The notes under the pieces were generated by a model. It made no database searches and had not been told where the DNA came from. It saw only the letters and a program-made list of their open reading frames with translations. DNA of 63,355 nt, the filler included, from Octopus bimaculoides (taxonomy: Eukaryota): assembly GCF_001194135.2 (NCBI RefSeq). It is 6 parts of 5 records of this genome, joined end to end, with 100 filler letters (N's around TTAATTAATTAA, not from the genome) between each part and the next. Parts side by side here need not be neighbours in the genome. Positions count along the whole stretch, not along the records: positions 1 to 12,957 come from NC_068981.1; positions 13,058 to 20,224 come from NC_069006.1; positions 20,325 to 29,235 come from NC_068982.1; 3 more parts are not named here. One strand, 5' to 3'. The translations under genes and the position numbers were made by a program. Numbering within the stretch: position 1 is the stretch's first letter; each line of letters opens with the position of its first letter. This document shows positions 11,621-21,265 of the stretch, in pieces.

Positions 11621-12916
11621 TGAATATCTTGCTATTTTATGTTGCAAAGTTGCTCAAACAGTACATATAGAAAGTTTCAACTTCCGTCATATGTGTGTAG
11701 TAAGGAGTATCTGCTTCTTCCCTATACAAAAGACTGCTAGGGGAAAGCGTTGGGGGTTTAGCGCTTAGATAACCAAACATAAACATATACACGAATGGAC
11801 ATAAAAATTTAAGATCACATGTGAGGATACAAAGAGGCACCAAGCGGCCTTTAGGTGTCCGATTCACCTCTTAGAAATAGTATTAATTCGCACTAAAATC
11901 AAAACCTAGTTTTACAAAGAACTCACATTAGACACTATGATACTGGTTGAAAAAACTATGAATAAAATTAGAGATGGGGAATGCTAGAGCCACTTTTATC
12001 ATAGATCTGCTCCTTTAAGGTTGATCTGAAGCTATACAACAACATATTCTTGCTACCAATTGCTTTATGTGAAAAAGACATTGAAATAACGAAAATTCAA
12101 ATTCTCTTTTCCTATTTTGGTTTACAAGTATCTGTCTGAATATGCGAAACAGTGTCGCTTATCTAAATTAGATAAATGAATAAAAAATAATTTAAAGTAT
12201 GCTGTAAATATAATTCCTGAAACATTCATGTCTTCAGATTTATCAGAAGAATATAACTGAACTGTTGTTATCTAATTTTCCACTGAACATACTGATCTTT
12301 GGTCTCAGTTGATTAATGAAACCATAAATATTGATATGAGATTTTTTTTTCATTGAAAAGTTGCTTCGTATCAATTTTCACGATAAAATTACGACTTGGC
12401 TGAATATTTCTAAATTTATCTGAAATAAACCTAGTTTTGTAATGTTGTTGTAGCAATGATTTAGCATATGTTTGCACACGATCGAATCTGCCTATTACAT
12501 AATACATTCAAATTGTGACTATTCCGACGTTTTAGTAAAATGTGGGCTTATATTTAATTAATGTATCCTTCATGCGAGGACGATGAAGTGTGTGATTTCA
12601 AGGATACGTTTCCTATTTTAGACTAGATTCAGTACTCATGCAAGGGCTCATTCGACTAAACACTCTTGAAGGCTGTGCGTCAGCATGGACGTAATTTAAC
12701 GATTGAAAGAAGTAAAAGGTAAAAGATTGGATTCATGGTAAATTTCAAATATTTTGCAATCGAAATGTTTTTCATACGTAAAATTATTAAAACACGACAT
12801 TGAAGAGAAGAATTGGAGCATGCGCACACACATTCCCAACACTGAAATGAATATTTCTGTATGTATGTATGTATGTATGTATGAATGCATGTATGTGGGT
12901 CTGTGCTTATGTGTGC

Positions 12917-12957
<41 letters not shown>

Positions 12958-13057
12958 NNNNNNNNNNNNNNNNNNNNNNNNNNNNNNNNNNNNNNNNNNN
13001 NTTAATTAATTAANNNNNNNNNNNNNNNNNNNNNNNNNNNNNNNNNNNNNNNNNNNN
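12958..13057. other. Artificial scaffold-joining linker (44N-TTAATTAATTAA-44N)
   Basis: Exactly 100 bp; the 12-mer gives stops in all six frames; identical at five positions. Confidence 0.97.
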
Positions 13058-13369
13058 GACGGAACCTTGGTGGACCCCTACCTCTACCCGGAATTCATTA
13101 CTGTACTCATTTCCAACCTTCACCTTACTGACAGCATCTCTGTACATGGCTCGCATATAAATATATATATATATATATATACTTTTGGTGCGAATGGTTT
13201 TGTTACACGGCGCCGTATTTTACAATCCTGTAAATAACAATAATGGTATTCTCTTATAAGCTTAAGGCTTCTGGCGATCACCGTGCAATGACTAAGGAAA
13301 ATAGTCTAATAAAGGGGCATATAAGCCCGCGACAGAGAAAAGAAGGCTTTCCTATGCATAACATATGTA

Positions 13370-14234
13370 CACCCAGAACCATGCTAATAGCTTAGCAGTG
13401 AAATTAAAGATTTCTTGGTTTTCTGTGAATCAATTTTGATAAAACTTTTCCCAGCTGCTTTGCACACTATGGCAACACCATTGTTTTGCTTTCATTATTC
13501 TCTGTAATGTCTTTTCTTTTTTATTTTAGATTCTTCAGTTTTTGGGTGAACCATGCAAACAGTGTTTCTCCTCTCTAAGGGACATAGAAAAGGCCTTAAT
13601 GATGAAGAAAAGTCTATCATCATCAAGGGAAGTGCTAAAGACACCTCTCTTCATGTCATTGCAAAGTAAGGCTGTCATGTGGACATGGTTAGATGATTCC
13701 TAAAGAACCCTTCCCCAAGGAAGAAACGATTTGATTGTGGGACCTCCAAAACTGTGACAGTTAAGGATTTAAGGAATATTGGCTACAAGTTATGTGAGAA
13801 ACCTGGACAAACAAGCAAAGCTATTTTCACCGTCTCCAAACTTCCTCAGGTACTAAAAACCATCAGAAATTGCATCCTCTGGACCATGGCTTCTGTCAGA
13901 GAACCCCTGATACTACCCCCTTTCACGCTCCGTCACAGGAGTCTGAGGCTTCAACAGGCCCAAAAGTACATGATGTTAGACATGAGTTGTGTTTTGTTCA
14001 CTGATGAAACCAGACCCTTAACGGTTGGGCAAATGGTTAGATCTATTTTGGAGAAGAGCGTTGTCAATGTTTATGAAATGAAAAAAAGAAAGGATATTAC
14101 AGAGAATAATGAAAGTATAATAATGGTGATGCCATAGTGTGCAGACCAGCTAGGAAAAGTTTTATCAAAATCGAATCACAGAAAACCAAGAAATCCTAAA
14201 TTTCACTCCTAAGCTATTAGCATGGTTCTGTGTG
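13370..14234 (+). mobile_element. Internally deleted Tc1-superfamily (TRT/DD37E-like) DNA transposon with ~150-bp TIRs
   Basis: TIRs 13370-13522 and 14081-14234 are reverse complements (cacccagaaccatgctaatagc...), preceded by TA. Interior encodes a decayed transposase N-half: KGLNDEEKSII...KPGQTSKAIF...PP..RHR..RL..AQKYM..D...VLFTDETR..PNGW. The catalytic C-half is missing. Confidence 0.82.
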
Positions 14235-14330
14235 TGTGTGTGTAGGTAGATAGATATTCATATTAGATTCCACTCAATTAGAAAAGAAAAAAACCCAAAC
14301 ATATGAAATATAAGAACAAAAAATATTTAT

Positions 14331-14713
14331 GCGCAGGAGTGGCTGTGTGGTAAGTAGCTTGCTTACCAACCACATGGTTCCGGGTTCAGTCCCACTGCGT
14401 GGCACCTTGGGCAAGTGTCTTCTACTATAGCCTCGGGCCAACCAAAGCCTTGTGAGTGGATTTGGTAGACGGAAATTGAAACAAGCCCGTTGTATATATG
14501 TATGTGTGTTTGTGTGTCTGTGTTTGTCCCCCCACCATCGCTTGACAACCGATGCTGGTGTGTTTACGCCCCCGTAACTTAGCAGTTCGGCAAAAAGAGA
14601 CCAATGGAATAAGTACTAGGCTTCCAAAGAATAAGTCCTGGGGTCGATTTTCTCGACTAAAGGTGGTGCTCCAGCATGGCTGCAGTCAAATGACTGAAAC
14701 AAGTAAAAGAGTA
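14331..14713 (+). mobile_element. SINE family B, full length
   Basis: gcgcaggagtggctgtgtggtaag head with B-box-like ggttcagtccc; tail gactgaaacaagtaaaagagta. Confidence 0.9.
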
Positions 14714-14795
14714 TGCAACTAAAATATATTTTAGTCGGATTAAATCTAATATAAGCCTTATATTTGTTTAGTTTCCAAATGCCATAAAACAACAA

Positions 14796-14801
14796 TTTAT
14801 T
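14796..14801 (-). terminator. Candidate polyadenylation signal AATAAA of the CARD gene
   Basis: First minus-strand AATAAA seen downstream of the ORF, ~100 nt past the stop of the disrupted domain copy. Confidence 0.35.
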
Positions 14802-14903
14802 ATTGTCTGCGATTCTGCAATATTAAAAATATTAATTGTATTACATGTTAAGTGTCTTTTAGTATATAATAAAATGTTAATTCGTCACTTAAAACTCCAA
14901 GAT

Positions 14904-15390
14904 TCACGAAAGTTCTTCCCTTCCATAAGTTTGTAATCTTAGCTCTTTTCTTGTATCAGCTTTTCGAATGAAAACATTGAACATTTCCTTACTTTCAATG
15001 AAAGATTTCCAGAATTCAGGGAAAAACTCCCTTTTCAATAATGCAATCACAGCCTGGGTATCATTGTTAATCTCAGGTTGAGATTGAGTTTTGTTATCAT
15101 CCATTGCATTAACAATTATCAAAAAAGTGATGATGCTTGATGGATATTTGGATAGCATTGTTTTCAGACTTTCATTAATAATGTCATTATAGTCTTCATC
15201 ACATTCAGCAATAATATCAAAATAACGGAAATTATTCTCTGGTATTAAAAGCAATTTCTTCCATTAACGAATTTAAAGTGTTTAAATTAAATGATGTGTC
15301 CCGATCTGGATTACTTCCTCCAAAATGTTCGTGTAATATATCGTTTTGTTTCATTCCTTCCAGAATAAATATTTTCCTTTTGTCTGTTTT
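14904..15390 (-). pseudogene. Disrupted additional copy of the same C-terminal domain, in frame with the CARD ORF
   Basis: After TGA (15393-15391) the same frame reads KTDKRKIFILEGMKQNDILHEHFGGSNPDRDTSFNLNTLNSLMEEIA, homologous to KNKRKVFILAGLTEDEILRECFSGSNPNW. One extra T in a T4 run (15247-15250) shifts into LIPENNFRYFDIIAECDEDYNDIINESLKTML...KEMFNVFIRK...ELS* (stop at 14904). Confidence 0.8.
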
Positions 15391-16578
15391 TCATTCCCAT
15401 GGCTTCTTTTTCATAAAACGGCTTTCCAAATGGAATTTTCCATCAATGAAAATATTGAACATTTCGTTGTGTTTGAAGAAATCTTCTATGAATTCATGCA
15501 AGAACTTTTTTTTCAATATTCTAAAGACAGGTTTGAAAATCTGAGCATCACCAAAACTCACAGGTTTTGTGTCAGAATGAAAAACATAACCATTATCATC
15601 ATTCCAATCAACAATTATCAAAAATGTGATGATGCTTGGTGGAAATATTGGTAAGAGCTCTTTTTCAATACGAGGTATCATTTTTTTCAAACTTTCATAA
15701 GTAATGTCATTAAATTGATCATCACATAAAACAATAACATCAAAAAAACAGAATTTATTTGGAGGTATAGAATCAAGTCTATCCTTTAATTTACTTACAG
15801 AGCCTAAAAGAGTTGATACATTCCAGTTCGGATTACTTCCTGAAAAACATTCACGTAATATNNNNNNNNNNAAGAACTTTTTTTTCAATATTCTAAAGAC
15901 AGGTTTGGGAAACTTAGCATCACCAAAACTCACAGGTTTTGTGTCAGAATGAAAAATATAACCATTATCATCATTCTCATCAACAATTATCAAAAATGTG
16001 ATGATGCCTGGTGGAAATTTTGGTAAGAGCTCTTTTTCAATACTAGGCAAAATTGTTTTCAGACTTTCATTCGTAATGTTATTATAATCTTCATCACATA
16101 CAACAATAATATCAAAATATCTGTAAGTATTTTCTGGTATGGAAACAATTTCCTCCTTTAATTTGCTTACAGAGCCTAAAAGAGTTGATACATTCCAGTT
16201 CGGATTACTTCCTGAAAAACATTCACGTAATATTTCGTCTTCGGTCAGACCTGCCAGAATAAATACTTTCCGTTTGTTTTTTGCTCGCGGCATTGGTTTT
16301 TCTTGAACAACTTCGCTTTTCATTTCCGTCTGGAATATTTTCATTAAGTGTTCGTTGCTTGTTTTGCAAAGAATGTCCACGAACGTTTGAGGAGAACAAT
16401 TTCTTTTTTGTAAAATGTCCAACATTTTCCGAATGCTGTTGCTGTCTGTATTTTGTGATTTTATAATTTCGTAATTTCTAGTTGTGATATGGCCACCAGA
16501 CTGTAAATAATCCAGAACATCATCGATTTGAGTGAGATTCTTGACAATTTGTGGTAAAAGTTTCACGTAAACATTCAT
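15391..16578 (-). CDS. Intronless CARD-domain protein with C-terminal caspase-like (probably catalytically dead) alpha/beta domain(s)
   Basis: First ATG (aaaATGa) at 16578. Residues LLPQIVKNLTQIDDVLDYLQSGGHITTRNYEIIKSQNTDSNSIRKMLDILQKRNCSPQTFVDILCKTSNEHL follow the six-helix CARD pattern (16578-16330). A linker leads to a domain starting RKVFILAG at 16272. The ORF crosses a 10-N gap (15862-15871) with a 362-bp duplicated, diverged segment on each side, so the true length is ~270 aa (alleles) or longer (tandem copies). CARD call is strong; the caspase-fold call is by-eye motif spacing only. Confidence 0.8.
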   Translation of the reverse strand: MNVYVKLLPQIVKNLTQIDDVLDYLQSGGHITTRNYEIIKSQNTDSNSIRKMLDILQKRNCSPQTFVDILCKTSNEHLMKIFQTEMKSEVVQEKPMPRAKNKRKVFILAGLTEDEILRECFSGSNPNWNVSTLLGSVSKLKEEIVSIPENTYRYFDIIVVCDEDYNNITNESLKTILPSIEKELLPKFPPGIITFLIIVDENDDNGYIFHSDTKPVSFGDAKFPKPVFRILKKKFXXXXILRECFSGSNPNWNVSTLLGSVSKLKDRLDSIPPNKFCFFDVIVLCDDQFNDITYESLKKMIPRIEKELLPIFPPSIITFLIIVDWNDDNGYVFHSDTKPVSFGDAQIFKPVFRILKKKFLHEFIEDFFKHNEMFNIFIDGKFHLESRFMKKKPWE

Positions 16579-16737
16579 TTTGGAAAACGGTGTAAAACCA
16601 ACGTAAGATCGCACGAAAAACTAGTCCCTTACTTCCGGGTGCAATTCAGATCATTTCTCAAAGACGGGTGCAGAGACAACAAAAATGGCAATGTAAGGTA
16701 AATAAAATAGCAAATAGTCTAAGTAAAGCATGGTCGC

Positions 16738-16816
16738 GGTAAAGAATACGCACGCCACCCGTTTTCGGCGTAACAAAATCCCTAACCCTAAACACCGGGG
16801 GTTCGTATTCTTTACC
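16738..16816. repeat. Short inverted repeat enclosing a telomere-like CCCTAACCCTAA
   Basis: ggtaaagaatacg (16738-16750) is the perfect reverse complement of cgtattctttacc (16804-16816). Confidence 0.7.
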
Positions 16817-16963
16817 TTCGCCTAAAGGTCACTTTCTATCATATTTTAACATTTCTTATGACACCAACAGGCATTACCTCGGAGGATAGCGAGGGAGATT
16901 TCCATCCAGGTGACCTCGCCTAACATGAAATCGCTTTCTCAGGGGTGGAGGGGTGGGGAGTCG

Positions 16964-17025
16964 AAATTGATTTCCAATTACTCCCACCCATCCATCTCCA
17001 ACACCGGGTAATTGGAGATCAATTT
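16964..17025. repeat. 18-bp inverted repeat (hairpin)
   Basis: aaattgatttccaattac and gtaattggagatcaattt match at 17/18, 26-nt loop. Confidence 0.7.
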
Positions 17026-17060
17026 TATCTTATCCTCTCCTATGATTTCTGAGTACCTGC

Positions 17061-17650
17061 CGTACCGACAATTAATTCGATACTTTTTTGGTTATCTTAC
17101 CCCTATTAAAAAATTGTATTATTTCCTCTCTTCCCACCACGTTTTACGAGAAATAGCGGTACTTCTGATTATCTCTTTCAACTAAAAAAATTGTTTAACC
17201 CCCAATAAAACCAAAAAAAAAAAAAAGTGGAAAAATTAATAAACAGAAAGTGAAACGAAACATCGTTTTGAATCTGATATTTTTATAACAAATCATACAA
17301 AACGGGAAAAATAAATAAACGTGATAAACGAAAAGAGTAAACATCTTAATGAATTAGATAATATTTTTATAACAAATCATACAAAACTGAAAAAATTAAT
17401 AAACATGAAAACTGAAATGATTAAACATCTTACTGAATCTGAGATAATTCTATAATAAATCATGGAATGCCTATTGAGGGGGCCAAACATCAACAATGTG
17501 TTGAAATATTGAATCAAAAAGATCTCTTTTAATCCAATTTCTTGTCACCACATTCACTCGATTTTTTAGTGGGGAGATAACCAAATTTTTCAATGGGAAT
17601 AACCAAGTTTTTTAATGGATAACCAAAAAGTACCATTAATTCTTGTCAGA
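17061..17650. mobile_element. MITE-like element with ~30-bp terminal inverted repeats and three internal ~80-bp tandem units
   Basis: Arms ~17067-17096 and ~17618-17647 share gatactt(t)tttggttatc / gataaccaaaaagtacc. Tandem units ~17231-17465 share aaacatc...gaat...at.ttt.tataa.aaatcat. Confidence 0.5.
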
Positions 17651-17947
17651 TTTACACGAATTCATATCGAGGAATTCTGTGCCAAACATAAAAAAAAAAG
17701 ACTTTCGTTCACTTTTCGGTGGCTACAACCAAGGACTCCATTGTTTAACAATAAGCCGACTTATTTATCTCCCAGCCAATTGAAGACATCGATGGGAACT
17801 GTCGGTTCTCATGGAAACCAGCAAAGACAACAAAGATGATCTGCTAGAAATAGCAGCCAAATCCTCTTTAAACTATTCCATAATCTAAGGAAGGAAAGGA
17901 CTAGACATTAAATGGTGTTGTTGGAGTTATTAGCATTTTTCATTCAT

Positions 17948-18119
17948 AATGAGAGCACTAACGCATCGTAAAATGGGCTTAAATTTTCAGTGATACTAAA
18001 TATGTTTATTATATGCATTCATAAACATAATGTCCAATGTATTTATGGTTACATACAGTAAACATATTTAGCGATGCTGAGCATTTAGCACCATATTACG
18101 ATGCACTAATGCTCTAATT
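17948..18119. mobile_element. Foldback/MITE-like palindrome
   Basis: Outer arms aatgagagcactaacgcatcgtaaaatgg and ccatattacgatgcactaatgctctaatt match at ~24/29; inner ctaaatatgttta / taaacatatttag also pair. Confidence 0.6.
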
Positions 18120-18399
18120 ACGATTGAAAAAAAAAACAATATCCACCAACTACGTCATATAACATGTTGCTATTTCTCATTTTGTTCCAATTGTTTTCAA
18201 AATTGGTGTACTGGTGTAGTTTTGTATGCTAATTTGGAACATAAAATTTATTTTTGCCATAAATTTATGACTAATAAGTTAATAGCTTTTATAAGGTGCA
18301 AATTTTAGGTAATTTTAGCCAATCGAAAGTCATAGACACATTGGTGCCTCTTTCCATAGTAACAAGCCAGACTGTAGTCTGCTTAAAACTCCTGAAGGA

Positions 18400-19510
18400 T
18401 TAGATACAAAACCTGTGAAAGGGCAGGTGAACTTTGAATAGCCAACAGCCATCCAAATAAGCCACTCTCGTAATTAGTTATGCTGCTTATTGAGCCCTTG
18501 CCCTCTTAAGACAGCAGCAATAAATCACAACTCCACTGCCTTGAGGCAATACCGTCTTAAGGGAAAGGCTTCAGGAGTAAACCCCGAGGATAAATCAGGA
18601 GCCGGAGTTTCTAAGGCAGTTCAATGCTGTAGACAACCTCACTCTTGCAACTCCTGTGGCCTCACTGATGCCAAGTTGTATTGGCCCCTGCCCTTCCCTT
18701 GGATAACACTGGTGGCAGAGAAGAGGTTGGGGCAACTGCTGATCTCCCATGAAAACCTGTCCAGGCTTGCACTCTGGAGAAAAGAGGCAAGCAAGCAACT
18801 CTGGTTTGGATGTTGGAATGTAAGGACCTTCAAAAGATCAGTGACACATGCAAGACAGCAGTGATCAATAACAAACTGCTACGACTCAGAGTGGACATTG
18901 CAGCACTCCAGGAAATGTGGGTCCCTTCGTGAAAGAGACTATAGCTTTATCTGGCAAGGGAAAGGCATAGATGATGTCAGAGAGCATGGTGTTGGCTTTG
19001 CCATGAAGAACTCTGCTAAAGTTGGTAGAACTCAACAGTGACGGTTCAAAGTGGATATTCTCACTTCAGTTGCACACTTCTGATGGGTCTGTCAACCTTA
19101 TCAGTGTTTATGCTCAAACATTCCATTCCTCACAAGATGCCAAATATGTTCTACAATCAGCTCTCTTGGAAAATAAAAGCAATCCCAAGTTGAGAATAGC
19201 CGGTGCTACTTGGCAACTTCACCACCAGAGTGGGAACTGATCATGTCTCCTGGCCAGGGTTTCTGGGTCAGTATTGGTTTGGCAACATGAATGAAAATGG
19301 GCAACAACTGCTTGAGCTCTGCATACTCCATGGACTGTGTGTCACCAACACCTACTTTCACACCAAAGATCGACACAGGGTCTCCTCGCTCAGGACACTG
19401 ACACCAGCTAGATTTGAGGAATGTGCTCCTGATTTGGTCCTTTCAGACTGTGACACAAACCACTCCCTGGTTTGTTGCAATCTCAAACTCCAACCAAAAA
19501 CGATGCATTG
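18400..19510 (+). mobile_element. RTE-clade LINE 5' portion (5' UTR plus decayed APE endonuclease)
   Basis: Frameshifted motifs FGCWNVRT (WNVRT at 18814), KTAVINNKLLRLRVDIAALQE, WQGKG...EHGVGFA, LISVYA, LLGNFTTRVG, NENGQQLLELC, VTNTYF, DCDTNHSLV. Confidence 0.88.
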
Positions 19511-19826
19511 GCCATCAAACAGGTGGCCAATAAAAGAATTATTATTATTACTGAACACACTAAGACAGCAAACTAGCAGAAGCATTAGCATGCGAGGTAG
19601 AATCGTTAGCATGCCAGTCAAACTCTTTAGTAGTATTTTATCTGACTTAATGTTTGGAGTTCCAATTCCACTGAGGTCAACTTTGCCTTTCATCCTTTTC
19701 AGGTTGATAGTGGCTGAGTTCCTTTCAAGCATTGGGCCTCACAGAGGCAAAGAGGCTTGGGCCTCACGGAGGCAAAATGGCTGAGTTCCTTTCAAGTGTT
19801 GGGCCTCACAGAGGCAAAGTAACTGA

Positions 19827-20224
19827 GTTTACCGTCTGCTTTCCATGCTGACATGGGTTGGACGGTTTGACCAAGGACAGGCAAGCCAGTGGACTACAGC
19901 AGGCTTCAATCTGATCTGGCAAGGTTTCTACAGCTGGATGCCCTTCCTAACCCCAACCACTCCAATAGTGTAGTGGGTGCTTCGAACATGTTTAGAAGGT
20001 GCCTTTTACATGCCACTGGTATGGGAGCCAGTCAGGGGGCACTGGCATTGACCATGTTTGGATGGGGCATTTTATGTGCCACTGGCACGGAAGCCAGTCA
20101 GGCAGCACTGGCCACGGCTATGATTTCAATTTGATATGACTCAACAGGTCTTCTCAAGCATATATCACCTGATGCTTCAAGGATACTTTTAAATGGGCTG
20201 GTCATGCAACACTGGCATTGGCCA
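19827..20224 (-). mobile_element. SINE family C ((GAT)n-tailed)
   Basis: Shares ctttccatgct..catgggttggacg...ctacagctggatgcccttcctaac with 38053-38345 and 54100-54380. Confidence 0.75.
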
Positions 20225-20324
20225 NNNNNNNNNNNNNNNNNNNNNNNNNNNNNNNNNNNNNNNNNNNNTTAATTAATTAANNNNNNNNNNNNNNNNNNNN
20301 NNNNNNNNNNNNNNNNNNNNNNNN
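20225..20324. other. Artificial scaffold-joining linker
   Basis: 44N-TTAATTAATTAA-44N. Confidence 0.97.
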
Positions 20325-20369
<45 letters not shown>

Positions 20370-20938
20370 TGAGACAGATCTCACTCCGGTGTCTCTCATA
20401 TCCTTGTGATTAGTGACCAGCATCAGGTGGTATTAGTCAACACCTCCAGGTGGTGTTTGGAAAAGTTGAGTGATGGGGTGGTATGGTGGATGGAGGGCCA
20501 GGGTTGCGGTGTAGCGCCGGCGTTGTGCATTGTGATACAGTAGTAGTAGTAGTAGTAGTAGTGTTAATGGTGGTGGTGGTGGTGGCGGTGGTGTCTATTG
20601 AAAACCTGGAGGTGTTGGATGTTTGGTGATGATTCTTGTGGTTCGGAATTTCAAGAATGAAGGAATCTGTTGGTATCTTTAGCAAATAGTCTTCTCCATG
20701 TCACTTATTTTATGTTAGTATAGGAGTTGTTTTATTGTTTTATTGTTTTATTGTTTTATTGTTTTATTGTTTTATACCTCTTCCTTCCTTTTTTTTGTCT
20801 TCTCATTGAAATAGACATACAATCGCTCGCACACCAACACACACACATATATATATATATATATACATATATATACATATATATATACATATATATATAG
20901 ATACACACAGACACACAGACACACACAGACACACACAG

Positions 20939-20969
<31 letters not shown>

Positions 20970-20976
20970 CATATAT

Positions 20977-21021
<45 letters not shown>

Positions 21022-21086
21022 CACGCACACACACACATACACACACACACACATATATATATAGGTTGAGAGAGAGAGAAAGGGGT

Positions 21087-21206
21087 CAGTCAGAATTTTG
21101 GGTAATCCTTTATTNNNNNNNNNNCAAAATTTTGATTTTGATTTTGTCTTGACGAGTTCATAAGCGAAGGGAATCGCTAATAAAGGATTATCCAAAATTC
21201 TGACTG
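21087..21206. mobile_element. Small MITE-like element with 28-bp TIRs
   Basis: cagtcagaattttgggtaatcctttatt and aataaaggattatccaaaattctgactg match at 27/28; a 10-N gap lies inside. Confidence 0.5.
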
Positions 21207-21265
21207 CGTCCTTTTTCTCAATATACAATATCTGTACACCGCTTCAAACATTCTGTACATATATA

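Noticed and set aside
13002-13013. Recurring TTAATTAATTAA as a biological motif or CRISPR-like repeat
   Set aside because: Always centred in exactly 44+44 N; assembly linker. No CRISPR array exists in the window.
15391-15393. TGA as selenocysteine or programmed read-through into the third domain
   Set aside because: Context TGA-AAA is not a known leaky context, no SECIS-like structure was seen, and a frameshift 140 nt later (no canonical slippery site) would still truncate the product.
20437-20685. Thr-rich mucin-like ORF
   Set aside because: Built on (ACC)n/(ACT)n tracts; no signal peptide, splice support or domain.
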